64,000 bases of DNA from Anthoceros angustus (lineage: Eukaryota; Plantae; Anthocerotophyta): the NCBI GenBank assembly GCA_010909165.1, contig MU008161.1, positions 1,240,001-1,304,000 of the forward strand, given 5' to 3'. The notes under the pieces were generated by a model. That model was not told where the DNA came from. It saw nothing but the letters and a program-made list of their open reading frames with translations, and did no database searches. Each line of letters begins with the position of its first letter. Positions within the stretch are counted from its first letter, which is position 1. Shown piece after piece: positions 22,149-33,399 of this stretch. The position numbers and the translations under genes were made by a program.

Positions 22149-23744
22149 ATGGCTGCCCTGAACTCGTCTCCCTCTCTCCATCCCCTTCTCCTTCCTCCTG
22201 ACAGGACTTCAAGCTTGAACTCCAGCTTGTTTGCAAGCAAGGCTCAACTAGTGTCACTACGGGCCCCTCACAAGGCATCATTGTCGCAGACCAGGGGCTG
22301 GCACAGCTCCAGCCCCAGGTGCGGACTGCGGCAAGGAGCTCCAGGCGGAGGAGGCGGAGGAGCTCCAGATTTGGTTAAGTCACTCGGTGGTTTGCTATGG
22401 GGGAAGGGCTTGCCTCCGGGCGCTCTGGTGGGCATTGCCAAGGAGCTGTGGACCACGGGATGGCTTACCATGATGGCCCAGCTCGCTCCCAGCGGAGGAG
22501 CTGGGGAGCCGAGCGGCAGCGCCGGCGAGTACAGGCGTCCGTCCAGCCAGTTCCGGAACACACCTCAGGCACCCGTGCAGGGGGCCGAGAGAGGGCGGTA
22601 CCACCTCTACGTTGCCCTCACGTGTCCCTGGGCTCACAGAACTGCCATGGTGCACACTCTCAAAGGCCTGGCAGAAGCTGTCCCGCTCTCTGTGGCTGTT
22701 CCCGGACCTACAGGGTTGTGGGAATTTCAGCCCTGCACATCTTCCGGCCAGGACCAGCTGGTAAGCAGTCCAGTCCACATTGACCTCAGCTCAGCTCCTC
22801 CTGGTTGCAAGCTTCACAATTGTGTCCATGCCTGCCTGTGGCTCAGAGCTGACAACTGAGACGGGTCTTGCTTTCCCCTACTCAGTTGGCCACTGAGGAT
22901 CGAGCAAATGGGCTTCCTCGCCTGGCTGATGTCTACCGGTCCAGGAAAGGAGGCTACGATGGCCGATGTACAGTGCCGATGCTGTGGGATTCCAGGGAGA
23001 GGGAGGTGGTGAACAACGAGAGCGCTGACATCATCCAAATTCTCAACTCCGACTTTAACCAAGTTGCAACAAATCCAGACCTGGACCTGGCCCCGTCTTC
23101 TCTCCGGGAAGACATCGAAAGGTGGAACCAGGACATATACCTCAACGTCAACAACGGCGTCTACAGGTGAACATGCCTTGTCCCTCGTCATTTCTCGCCT
23201 GCCTAGACTGATAAGAACGTGTGTCATGATTCAGATGCGGATTTGCACAGGGCCAGAGAGCGTATGAATCTGCAGTGGAGAGCCTGTTTGCAACACTGGA
23301 CAAGTTGGAGCAGCACTTGTCCACCTCCCGCTACCTGTGTGGCCACACCTTCACTCTGGCGGATGTCAGGCTTTTCACCACGCTCTATCGGTTTGATCCT
23401 GTGTACCACATTCTGTTCAAGTGCTCCAAACAGAAGCTCTCGGAGTACCTAACCTCTTCGCCTACATGCGGACATATACCAGGTGCCATACTAAGCTTCT
23501 GCAATGATGCATGCCCCTCTGCTCGTCATGATTCTCATTCCTGCAACGCCATACTTCCTTGAAACAGCTCCCTGGAGTGGCCAGCACTTGCGATTTGGAA
23601 GCTATCATGGACGGCTACTATAAGGTGCTGTTCCCTCTAAATCCGGGGGGCATTCGCCCAAGCATCCCGCGAAATGCTGCCATGGCAACGCTGTGGAGTG
23701 CTCATCATCGGGAATCCTTGGGCCAGGCTGTTCAAAGCACATAA
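22149..23744 (+). CDS. Glutathionyl-hydroquinone reductase (GST omega/Xi, YqjG/ECM4-like) with a plastid-type N-terminus, 4 exons
   Basis: Motifs: GRYHLYVALTCPWAHR, GRCTVPMLWD, VVNNESADII, NNGVYR|CGFA, TLADVRLFTTLYRFDPVY and FPLNPGGI. Two 1-bp homopolymer deletions near 23449 and 23470 break SEYPNLFAYMRDIYQ. Confidence 0.92.
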
Positions 23745-24293
23745 CGCCTACTGAATAGCCTCCTTGTTCAAGCATGAAGAGAGCCCAGGTTGATTGTGCG
23801 ATAATTATCTCATGTAAGTGAGCTAGCCTAGTACTAGTTCCTTATCGACGTGCCTCTTCTTTTATGCCTTTATGTATTATGTGGTCATACCTTCAATTTG
23901 TTGAGAAGACCCTAGTTAGTTTCTTGGTGTGTTACTTGCACCGTGCAGCGTCTCTTTTTCTCCAGAGAGCATTAGGCTGCAAGGTACAAGTAACCGAGCT
24001 GGTTGAAGCTCTCGGACTTTCCCCAAGGCGAGTTCCTGCTGGTTTTTTGTTCGCCATCTGCTGGCACTATATCTATACTGCGACCAGTCTAGCCTGCATC
24101 AGTGCTAGGTCACTTCCACAAGTTACGGAGTCCGTCGCCAAGTTGTCTTATGAATTCCCGCCATGGGACTGTTGTTCGTCTGCCTTGTTTGCTGACAAGA
24201 CGACTGGTGAAAGCTGTAGCGTTCACGAATTTGTATCTGCTGCTTTAAGCAGACATTGCTCTCATACTGGCATTCCGCAGGCGAGCTTCAGCT

Positions 24294-26173
24294 ATGAGGC
24301 CAATATTGAGGACCTCGAGCTATGACAGTCACCGCACCATTTCAAGCAGGTTCAAAGGTTTTCTGTGTAGGAATGGTACTTTCATAGCAACGATCTTGAT
24401 CGTCCTTGTCGTGACAAGCAATGGCATATACAACAGCCGCTATCTGCAAGTCCGCACCGGTGAGTAGCTGATCTGCATGTGATTGTCCTTGCGGTTCTGT
24501 CAAACATTGCCGAGAATTTCGTTTTGCCTGTGGTGCGCAAACGGGCGTCGGTGGTAGCACAAGTGACCGTGAGATTCGCACTCTGAGCTGGCGTTTGTAT
24601 TGTAGGCATTACAGAAAGCGTTGATGAGAGGCCAAAGCAGCCACAGAACAGTTATCCAACACCGGGAGATCACGTACATTCAACGGCTTTCTTCCCTTAC
24701 AGTAACGGCATCGATCCCACTCAGAAAGATGGATCCCGCGGTGAGCTAAAATGCCATCACATCCGAACCTAGTTTTCTGAGGCTTGCTTTCCATGTTGTA
24801 GGCTTTCACTTTTCAAAAGGAAACGTACAGGAACTTCAGAGGCAAAATGATACTTCAAGAAAAATGTTCAAAGCAATCCTCAGTTTCATCGTTACCAAGC
24901 TTGCCCCTCTGTGTGTTTGATCCGTCTGACCTTTGGCTTGTCCATGGATTGGTTAGGATTTGAGACTGAAAATTTGAGCTCAAAGGACATGTTCTTCTGC
25001 AATCAATCTCATCCTCGATACGACCTATGTGTCATGCGTGGCGATGTCCGAGTGAAAGGCGGAAAAGCAGCCACATGCACGCTCTACTCACGTAATCCAG
25101 CAATTCATCGGGTAGAAACAACCCAGCCCTATCCCCGAAAGCGAGACCCAGCCATGTTGGAAGTGAGGAATGTGACACTGCAGTGTGAGGATTCAGTTCC
25201 AACAAGTTCAAGCCGAATGCCGGCTTGCGAAGTTCAATATCTGCAACCTGGGTTGTTGTTCTCTGTCGGTGGCTATTCCGGAAACCTTTACCATGACTTC
25301 AACGACGTTCTCATCCCCCTCTTTATCAGTTCATACCAATATAAAGGGCAGGTGATATTCCTGATCACGGATTGGCGAGACTGGTGGATTGAAAGATACT
25401 CCCCCATTTTCAGAGAGCTGTCGAAATATCAGGCAGTGAATCTGCACTCGGAATCGCGTGTTCTGTGCTTCAGAGACCTGACATCCGGTCTTCAAACTCA
25501 TGACGAGCTTGGAATCGACCCCGACCTAATGCCTGATGAGCAGGGTATCGTAGACTTTCGGGAGCTACTTCACCATGCTTTCTGGGACCCCATGGCTATA
25601 GCTAGAGCCGAAGCGACGTGGATGCGGCTGGCGGGGATGCGCCAGGACTCTTTTTCTTCGCCAAGGCTCCTCATTCTGGCTCGTCTGCAAAATCGAGTGA
25701 TAATGAACCAGGAAGATTTGGTGAATATGGCAACAGCGAAAGGGTTCGATGTGAGGGTGCTAGCGCCGACAGTGGACATGAACTTGACAGAAATATACCA
25801 CAGCATCAACTCTGCGGATATCGTTGTGGGAGTGCACGGGGCAGCTCTTACTCATATTCTTTTCATGAGGCCTGCTGCTGTGGTCATACAGATTGTGCTT
25901 ATCGGTGTTGAATCACCTGCTCTCATCGACTACGGAAATCCTGCTCTCAAAATGCAACTCCAATACATCCACTACACAGTGAAGCCAGAAGAAAGCACAC
26001 TGACGAAGACTTACAACAGTACCGATCCTGTCATCACGGATTCTGAAGCCATTGCTTCTGAAAGTTGGGAAGTTAGAAGGATTACCTACATGGAGGGTCA
26101 AAATGTGACGTTAGATTTAGAACGGTTTGCACCATACCTGGACCACGCTCGGAAGCTGTCTACACCAGAATGA
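24294..26173 (+). CDS. Glycosyltransferase family 61 (DUF563), type II membrane protein, 3 exons
   Basis: Exons 24294-24459 (TM segment FIATILIVLVV), 24606-24740 and 24957-26173 are phase-compatible. Motifs: GGYSGNLYHDFNDVLIPLF and VGVHGAALTHILFMRP. Confidence 0.9.
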
Positions 26174-26336
26174 CGGCAAAGCTTTAGGCTGAGCGCTGGC
26201 TATACGAGAAGGTGGGTCCGATAGACGTCGTGCAAGGTATATGTAAATGTAATGTAGTCATAGGATGGTAAAACATCAAACACGCCCCCGCCCGGATTAT
26301 GATTTATGTTTCGCAATTAACCGGATAACGGGTAGC

Positions 26337-26342
26337 CACGTG
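26337..26342. promoter_or_regulatory. G-box (GCCACGTG) ~90 bp upstream of PSRP5
   Basis: The CACGTG hexamer lies upstream of a plastid-targeted gene. Function is inferred only. Confidence 0.3.
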
Positions 26343-26430
26343 ACCGGTGACTCCGGTTCAAGGCTGGAGTTGGGAAGGCCCCCTTAGCCCCCTAGACATT
26401 ATCCAGAGTCCACTGTGAGGGGGGAGCTGA

Positions 26431-27006
26431 ATGGCGATGGCGGTCGGAATAGCTGTACAGGGCTGCGCGCCCTGTGTTGCCCTGCTGCAAAATGTAGATA
26501 CCTCCCCTTCACCGGCACTCAATCGAATGTCAGTGCAATGCTGGCAGTTCCCATCAGCGAGCAATCCAGCTCAAGCCAGGCTGCAGCAGGTGAAACCTAA
26601 TGGCGTGCGGACCAAGATGGCTGGGAGCGTGGAGTTGGCGCGGCAGCACTTCAGCGGGCTCACTGTGAATCAGGTGCAGGATTCGCGGCTATCCCCGAAC
26701 CACCTCATTGGCAAGGTGACAGCGGCTGCTCTGGGAGCGGCGGTGCCGGAGGACGGAAGAGCTTTGGAGAGGAATGTCGTGGCCAATGCTGCGGAGGATG
26801 CTGTCTCCGTGGAGGTGGTCGGGGTAACAGCAGTTGCTCCAGATGCTCCCTTGGACCCTGTGGCGGCTTTGAAGCTGCAGTCTGAACTTCTGAAGAAGAA
26901 GGCCAAGCGGGCAGAGCTGCGCAGGAAGAGGTTAGTGCGCAAGCGACATCTGAGGAAGAAAGGTAGATGGCCTCCTTCTAAGATGAAGAAGCTCAAGAAT
27001 GTGTAG
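26431..27006 (+). CDS. PSRP5: Plastid-specific ribosomal protein 5 (cL37) with transit peptide
   Basis: The C-terminus KKAKRAELRRKRLVRKRHLRKKGRWPPSKMKKLKNV is the PSRP5 signature. Confidence 0.93.
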   Translation: MAMAVGIAVQGCAPCVALLQNVDTSPSPALNRMSVQCWQFPSASNPAQARLQQVKPNGVRTKMAGSVELARQHFSGLTVNQVQDSRLSPNHLIGKVTAAALGAAVPEDGRALERNVVANAAEDAVSVEVVGVTAVAPDAPLDPVAALKLQSELLKKKAKRAELRRKRLVRKRHLRKKGRWPPSKMKKLKNV

Positions 27007-28325
27007 GATTCTTTTTCTGTGCAGCAGTTACGCTCCTGTGAGGTTTGATCTCTAGCAGGGTTTTTGCTCCTGTGGAGCACCATTCTATCTAATCGCTGGC
27101 CGGCACAGAGCTGAAAGAAGTGCATGTGCTGCTATCATATCACCTTGTGTCAGAGAGGAAGCGTTTTCCACTGAATGCTGTAGCAGTCTAATTCGATCTG
27201 TCGAAGTCCTTTGTTTGCTTGAAAACCACGAGCGTCTGACCCGATAGCTGTAACTCGTTTGCGATCTCCTATCCCATAGATTTGCGAATGTTTTTTTCTC
27301 CTCTACTGTGGTTTCACCGCGCGTCCATCTTGCAAACTGCTCTTGCAAACACGAATCCTCGTTTCTTCGATCGAGCTTTGCGCCCGAAGCAATATTATTG
27401 CGCATAGGCTTTTAGGATTCTGTTCGCATCAGCCACGTTTTTTCGAAACGTCGTGACTCGTGACACTGTCAAAATGCCTGAATGCGCACGAGGTTCTTAT
27501 AAGTGCTCAACCCCCATCTGTACATAGATATGTTTATACGAGCGGTTCTGTGAAAAGAGGTCAGTGCAGCTTCAAGTTAAACTCATTTTTCCAATGCATC
27601 AAAGTGAGGCACCGCGCCCGGGCTTCAATAAAAGTTACTAGGTACATATGTATGTATGTACATGGTCCTAGGTGAAGACCGGGCAAGTCTACTTCAAGCA
27701 AGCTGGCTGGTATGTCATGCAGCTGTCAAGTTGCAGCAGTCTTGGGAGAGTCCGTGAAGTTCCAGGGACGTTGTTATCATCCTTTGGTTTGGTAGGTAGC
27801 TTTATGCTCTCCTGAGGTACATGCCAACTCATTACAGAAGCTCTCTGGAACCGATGTGGTCATAACTGCAGCTCCATAAAGCAGGCCCTGGAGTCCACCA
27901 ATTTTGGCTTGTTGGAACCTCCATTTTGCACTATTGAGCAACAAGTACCAAGCCCAGGGGCTGTTGTACTTCACCATGAAGTTCACTTAATTCCCCACTT
28001 CATACTGATGGGACACACGGCACTCTGTAACACACCTGAGCCTGATACATACCATCACTTCCCCCGGGCTCGCATTCTGGCGCCCGCCGTCATTAGTAGG
28101 TGGGGGACTAATAGCTCTGATTGGGGGTGGCAGCACGGACGGGAGACACAGCTCGTCAATGTACCAAGCATGAGCCTGCAGAGGGATAGGTAGGAAAGGT
28201 GACCCACCGCCTTTAATGCACCCCACACTTTCAAGACTAGACGGAGGTGCCGCGCTCGCACAGAGGCGCCCAAATCTTGAGCTCTAGCAACAGCGGAGAG
28301 GAGAGGAGCGGAGCCGGCGATATCG

Positions 28326-29139
28326 ATGGGGGTGTGGCAGGTGCTGAGCTTCCTCAGGGCCATGAGCCCGTCCGCATTCTACCGAGGCCAGGCCGGGGAC
28401 GGCAGGGAGAAGGTGCTGCTGGAGCATGTGCTGACCCAGGCGGAGCAAGGCGACCCGCAGTCGGTGCTGCAGGCGGTGGACTCGTTCGCGCAGCGCACCT
28501 GGCTCATGAATGTGGGCGACGATAAGGGCCTCATCCTCGACTCAGCCGTGAAGACGTGCAATCCCCGCATTGCGCTGGAGCTCGGCGCCTACTGCGGCTA
28601 CTCCGCCGTGCGCATCGCCAGCCAGCTCACTCTGCCTGCCTCCAAGCTGGTCACAGTGGAGATGAATGCTGACAATGCAGAAATCGCTCGCAAGCTTGTC
28701 CAACACGCAGGTAGCTAGCCACATTGCTCGTCGCAAAATCTGGCTTGCCTGTTTTCGCTGCCGGCTGCGTCATCTCACTCTCACCTTTCATGCCTCAGGG
28801 CTCTCCCACAAGGTGATGGTTGTGGAAGGGGTGCTCCGCAACCGGCTCGTGGAGCTGGGCAACATTCTGAAGGAACTCAATGCCCGCGCATTCGACTTTG
28901 TCTTCATGGACCACGACAAGTTCTCCTACCTGCCAGACTTGCTGCTGCTCAAGGAGGGTGGCTTCATCAAGAAAGGAACTGTCGTGGTTGCCGACAACAT
29001 GACCATTCCAGGCTCGCCCAAGTACCGCAGCTACCTCAAGTCCCATCTCGATGAATTCGACTCGGTGGAGCACAAGTGCCGATTTGAATACATTCGATGG
29101 CTTCCAGATAGCTTGATCGTTGCCACTTACAAACTATAA
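28326..29139 (+). CDS. Catechol O-methyltransferase-like protein (class I SAM-dependent, mycobacterial/animal COMT type), 2 exons
   Basis: Exons 28326-28710 and 28799-29139 flank an 88-bp GT-AG intron. Motifs: GDGRE, LMNVGDDKG, LELGAYCGYSAVRIA, FVFMDHDK and VVVADN..PGSPKYRSY. Confidence 0.88.
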
Positions 29140-29366
29140 GCACAGAACTGCGAGGCGCAAACTGCGTTCCCCCGGACTGGGGGCCCTCGCCACTCTGCCC
29201 ATCAGGACTCCGTCAACATGTACTCTTTGAGTGGTATCATCTGGTGTACCTACTCACTACATACAGGCCCGAACAAGTAGACCCGTAGCTTGGTGCAAGT
29301 AAATAAAGTGCCTAGTGAAGTGCGCTTTAACAAATATGTAAAGCTAACACGCAGTTAAGAAGTACA

Positions 29367-31841
29367 TCACCTCCTACCCTGCCTTTGTTTCTTACTTTTC
29401 ACCGGGTGTCGCTGTGGCTTGGATTTCCGTAAATTAGACTTTACCACGGACCTGTGTGGTTTGGTTTCTCCACCTTCCACTGCTTCCACAGACTTCCGAA
29501 AGGCCTGAAGAGGCTCCATTGCCTCCTGACCAATTACAACGAAAGAACCTCTCGCATTGCTGACATGATTCCCCTTCACACCAACTACCTGCTGCAACTG
29601 TGTGGCAACAAGCGGAGACATGCCCACCCCAGCCACATAACGACGAGAGAAGGACTTGGGCTGTAACGGCTGCTTCAATATACCGTCTAACTCCTGCTGC
29701 AGCTTCTTCAGTTCTGCATGGTCCTTGCCAGTTTTGCCTTTGAGATGGCTGCTTCCATCAGCCCCATCCTCATCCACCTCTTCGAGCTCCAGTTCAAGGG
29801 CTTCAGCATTCCGCGCCAGCCAAGACTTGCGATCTTGTCCTTGAGCAACTTTTCGAGATAGCTTGTCAATCTGAACGGCCAGAGACACTCGTCTTTCAAC
29901 ACCAGGCATATAGTCAGAGTTTATAGGAAACGCTGCCAAGCCATCTTTCTTAGAGAGCGACTTGCAAAGAGCGGCATACTTTCGCTGGTCCGCCGGACTA
30001 ACAAAAGTGATGCTGCACCCATCTGTCTGTGCCCGAGCTGTCCTTCCACTTCGGTGGACATAAATCTCGGCAGAATGAGGCAACTGATAATGGATAACCG
30101 TTCGTACGCCAGGAATATCCAGACCACGAGCAGCCACATCAGTTGCAACCAGGATCCCCTGGTCAGAATCCCGAAACCTGTCCATAGCCTTCAGACGCTG
30201 CCTCTGCTGCATTTGTGCATGAAGAGGCCACATAGGAAGTTGCAAAAGGCGAAGAATAGCTGAAACACGTCGCACAGCAGCAATTGACGTGCAGAAAACA
30301 ATTGTTCGTCCAGACCCAAGTACCTTTAGGACATAATACAAGAAAGCATCCTTCTCATCATCCCTGCATTCCACCACAGATTCTTCCAGATGCTGTGCCA
30401 TCACTGTCTTTGACGTTAAGTCCACGATGGCAGCACTGGGCCTCACTCCTGCCCGTTCAGAAAGGGCAGAGAGAGATGATTCATTACTAGTTGGCGCTTG
30501 GTATCCTCTCTTCAACTTTTTCCTGAAATTCTCTGGCAAAGCAAGAGTAGCTGAAAAGACCATTGTCTGCCTCCTCTTAAAAGAAGCTTCATTAGGAGCC
30601 CCAACATGGAGAGCATCTTCCTCGGCTCCATGGTCGATTTCCGTCTCATCTACTTGTGCTTCAGAGGTTTCAGCATCTTTACGCTCCTTGCGCCCCAACT
30701 TGTCAGCTTTCGGGACCAAGTCAATGATAGATTGCAGCTCCTGAAAATGTCCCTTCTCTACCATTCTGTCAGCTTCATCCAGCACAAAGAAGGACAAAGC
30801 TCGGAGATCAAGAAGGTGACTCTCACCCTCACTCATAAGCTCCCAGAGCCTACCAGGAGTGCCAACCACGATGTCCGGCTTTAGCGCCATCATACGTGCT
30901 TGCTTTTGAGTAGACATTCCGCCAACAATAGGTACCACTCTGAGATTCGTGAATTTGGCAACGGCTTTCAGATGATCTGAAACCTGCATTGCAAGTTCTC
31001 GAGTTGGAGCGATGATGAGAGCTCGAAGAAAACCAGACCTACTATTCCCAGTTTTTTCTTCATCCACCCCATCCACATGCTGCCGCCGAGCCTTCTCTTG
31101 CTCCTCTAAAAGCCGCTGCAGTATGGGTATGCCAAAGGCAAGAGTCTTCCCAGACCCCGTCTCTGCTGCCCCAATAACATCTTTCCCCTGGTGTGCCGCA
31201 GCAGGGATGCAAGCATTCTGAATAGAAGTCGGCTCCTTAAACCCCAGCAATGCAATAGCCTTCTGCAGCAGAGGATGGAGTCTCAAATGAGCCCAAGCCG
31301 AAAGATCGAAGTGAAGCTCCGGAGTATCCTCCAGAGTATCTTCCACAACGAACACACTCTTCCTGCTCCGCTTCCCGGCAGGTGGTCCCCCCCTGAGCCC
31401 GCATATCTCTTCCACCCCACCAGCTGCCGCGGCAATTTTGCTACCTTCCTCACCCGCCTCCTGCTCGACCGCTGGAGGAAGCTCACATGCTTTGGCAAGC
31501 TTCCGCGCCCTAGCCACACTCTTCGTCCTTACTAAATCTTCCACGACTTCCTTCTCTTCTACTTTCTTCCTCTTCTTACTCGTCTTCTTCCCCTCCTCAG
31601 AACCATGATCTTCGCCCGCAACCGTCTCCCAATCGAGTCCCGAAGCACCATCAAAGACCTCCCCGTCAATTTCCTCCAACGACATGAAGCCTCCCTCATC
31701 ACTGCCTACCAGCAGCGCCACGGAGTCCGAGGGAGTGACATCTCGCCAACCCGAATCATCCTCCCAGAACATCTTCTTCCTCTCCTTGTCACTACTGCCT
31801 GGCATCCTTCGTCTCCTCTTCCTCCCCTCCGCTTCTACCAT
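29367..31841 (-). CDS. RH13: DEAD-box RNA helicase 13 (DDX24/MAK5-like), intronless
   Basis: Motifs: GAAETGSGKTLAFGIP, APTRELAMQV, GTPGRLW, LDEADRM, VFSAT, LVATDVAARGLD and YVHRSGRTARA. The likely ATG is at 31841. Confidence 0.95.
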   Translation of the reverse strand: MVEAEGRKRRRRMPGSSDKERKKMFWEDDSGWRDVTPSDSVALLVGSDEGGFMSLEEIDGEVFDGASGLDWETVAGEDHGSEEGKKTSKKRKKVEEKEVVEDLVRTKSVARARKLAKACELPPAVEQEAGEEGSKIAAAAGGVEEICGLRGGPPAGKRSRKSVFVVEDTLEDTPELHFDLSAWAHLRLHPLLQKAIALLGFKEPTSIQNACIPAAAHQGKDVIGAAETGSGKTLAFGIPILQRLLEEQEKARRQHVDGVDEEKTGNSRSGFLRALIIAPTRELAMQVSDHLKAVAKFTNLRVVPIVGGMSTQKQARMMALKPDIVVGTPGRLWELMSEGESHLLDLRALSFFVLDEADRMVEKGHFQELQSIIDLVPKADKLGRKERKDAETSEAQVDETEIDHGAEEDALHVGAPNEASFKRRQTMVFSATLALPENFRKKLKRGYQAPTSNESSLSALSERAGVRPSAAIVDLTSKTVMAQHLEESVVECRDDEKDAFLYYVLKVLGSGRTIVFCTSIAAVRRVSAILRLLQLPMWPLHAQMQQRQRLKAMDRFRDSDQGILVATDVAARGLDIPGVRTVIHYQLPHSAEIYVHRSGRTARAQTDGCSITFVSPADQRKYAALCKSLSKKDGLAAFPINSDYMPGVERRVSLAVQIDKLSRKVAQGQDRKSWLARNAEALELELEEVDEDGADGSSHLKGKTGKDHAELKKLQQELDGILKQPLQPKSFSRRYVAGVGMSPLVATQLQQVVGVKGNHVSNARGSFVVIGQEAMEPLQAFRKSVEAVEGGETKPHRSVVKSNLRKSKPQRHPVKSKKQRQGRR

Positions 31842-32040
31842 TGTTCCAGGCCCCCAGCTGCGACAAATCGTCACAGTGCTGATGGGGGAAAGCCAGCTAC
31901 ATAAGTCGTACACAGATCTAGGCAGGTTTTAGGGTGTTGGGAACTTGGGACCACAGGTGGATACAGACCTGCCCTTTCTGCCCTGTAGGGTATGGGGGTT
32001 GATTCCAAAAGAAACAGAGATGAAATAAACCCCATCTACC

Positions 32041-32175
32041 AGATAAAAATTTGGACCCTGGAGGAAGGCCTATAAAAGGTCACGATGGAGTGGAGAGAGC
32101 TATTTACCATATAAAACTTTGGACTTTGGAGGAAGACCCATTAAAGGGTTGCCATGGAGAGGAGAGTTATCTTCA
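32041..32175. repeat. ~70-bp degenerate direct repeat x2
   Basis: ataaaa(a/c)tttgga...tggaggaag...atggag..gagag..at.t..catat occurs twice. Confidence 0.6.
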
Positions 32176-32406
32176 TATACCAATAGTAAATTTAAATCAT
32201 ATACTACCCAACATCATGCTGACATAGTCAATAAAATTTTGGCTCCAGAAATATATCATCTATTATTGTAGAAACACGTTTCTCCACACATGACAACAGA
32301 TGCAATAACATTGCACAGTTGGAGTTGCAGTGAGAAACGTGAAGTCTACAATGCATTTATGCATCCGAAAGTACTATTATATATATATATCCAACCAATG
32401 AAAGGG

Positions 32407-32530
32407 AAAAAACCCCCAAATAGATATTAAAGATATACAAAACAATAGATATGTATATATTTGATATCTATTTGGGGTTTTTTTTACAACTTCCGAATAG
32501 ATATGTATATTATTTGATATCTATTTGGGG
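32407..32530. repeat. AT-rich inverted repeat with ~33-bp arms plus a third direct copy of the right arm
   Basis: aaaaaacccccaaatagatattaaagatataca pairs with tgtatatatttgatatctatttggggtttttt (ends 32485). The right arm is repeated at ~32497-32530. Confidence 0.75.
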
Positions 32531-33399
32531 TACTTCATCACCAGAATTACCACTATCGTCTGATTTAATCCCCCTATAGGTGCTGGGGAAAAGATTTATT
32601 TTTCGAGTCATCTCTGAGGAGTTTGCCTAAACTTAGTATCACAGGCTATGCATCTTCTCAGGGTCGGTGCACCCCAATTCCCTATAGACATGTCTTTCCC
32701 TTCCCCCATTGGGATTGCTAGATATGCAGTAGCTGTCACTGCATATCAACTTAGGAGCCCTTCCATACCAACCATTCCCGCAAATATGTGGGGACTACAG
32801 TGCACTCATAGAGCAACGCTATGCTTTACGTCACCTTTAACTCCTTCCGAGATGTTGTAAACATGTGTTCCCACGTTCCTTGACAAGGAGCCATACTTTG
32901 TGGCAAGGGCTCCAGGGTGCTTAAATGCAGAGCTCTAATCGCACCCAAGCTACCCACCACCATCACGCCCATGTCTGAATTAATTGTGAAAGCTCTATAC
33001 TATGAAGAGCCATGTGCGATAGGTGGCATGCGTGGATGGGAACCGGGGACATAGCATGGTGTAGAGACCAATAACCGGGGCGGGCTAGAGGTCAATGTCA
33101 ACATCGGGGTCCGTTCCATCATTACATGATAGGTACCAATAGCCCTTGAATACTTTGTAGAAGTTTATATAAAGATCAACTTGCAAGGCCTCCGCTGCTA
33201 ATATGACCTAAATGGCCTGAAATAATGCAATGTAAGATGTGATGGACTCATTCATAATTAGCAACTAAATACATCTTTAAGGTGAACTCATCATATTGGA
33301 AAAAGAGGCCTATATGCAAAAGATAAGAAGGACGGCTGCTCCATTATAATAACTAGTTAGTACATGTGTCATATTGGAATAAGAACAAGGCATACATTA

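Noticed and set aside
27777-28226. Minus-strand ORFs upstream of COMT
   Set aside because: The upstream one starts with GTG, I found no coherent splice model, and no motif is recognisable.
19061-29139. Bacterial contamination as the source of the YnfA, COMT and MurG-like genes
   Set aside because: They are interleaved with intron-containing plant genes, and COMT and MurG have spliceosomal introns themselves.
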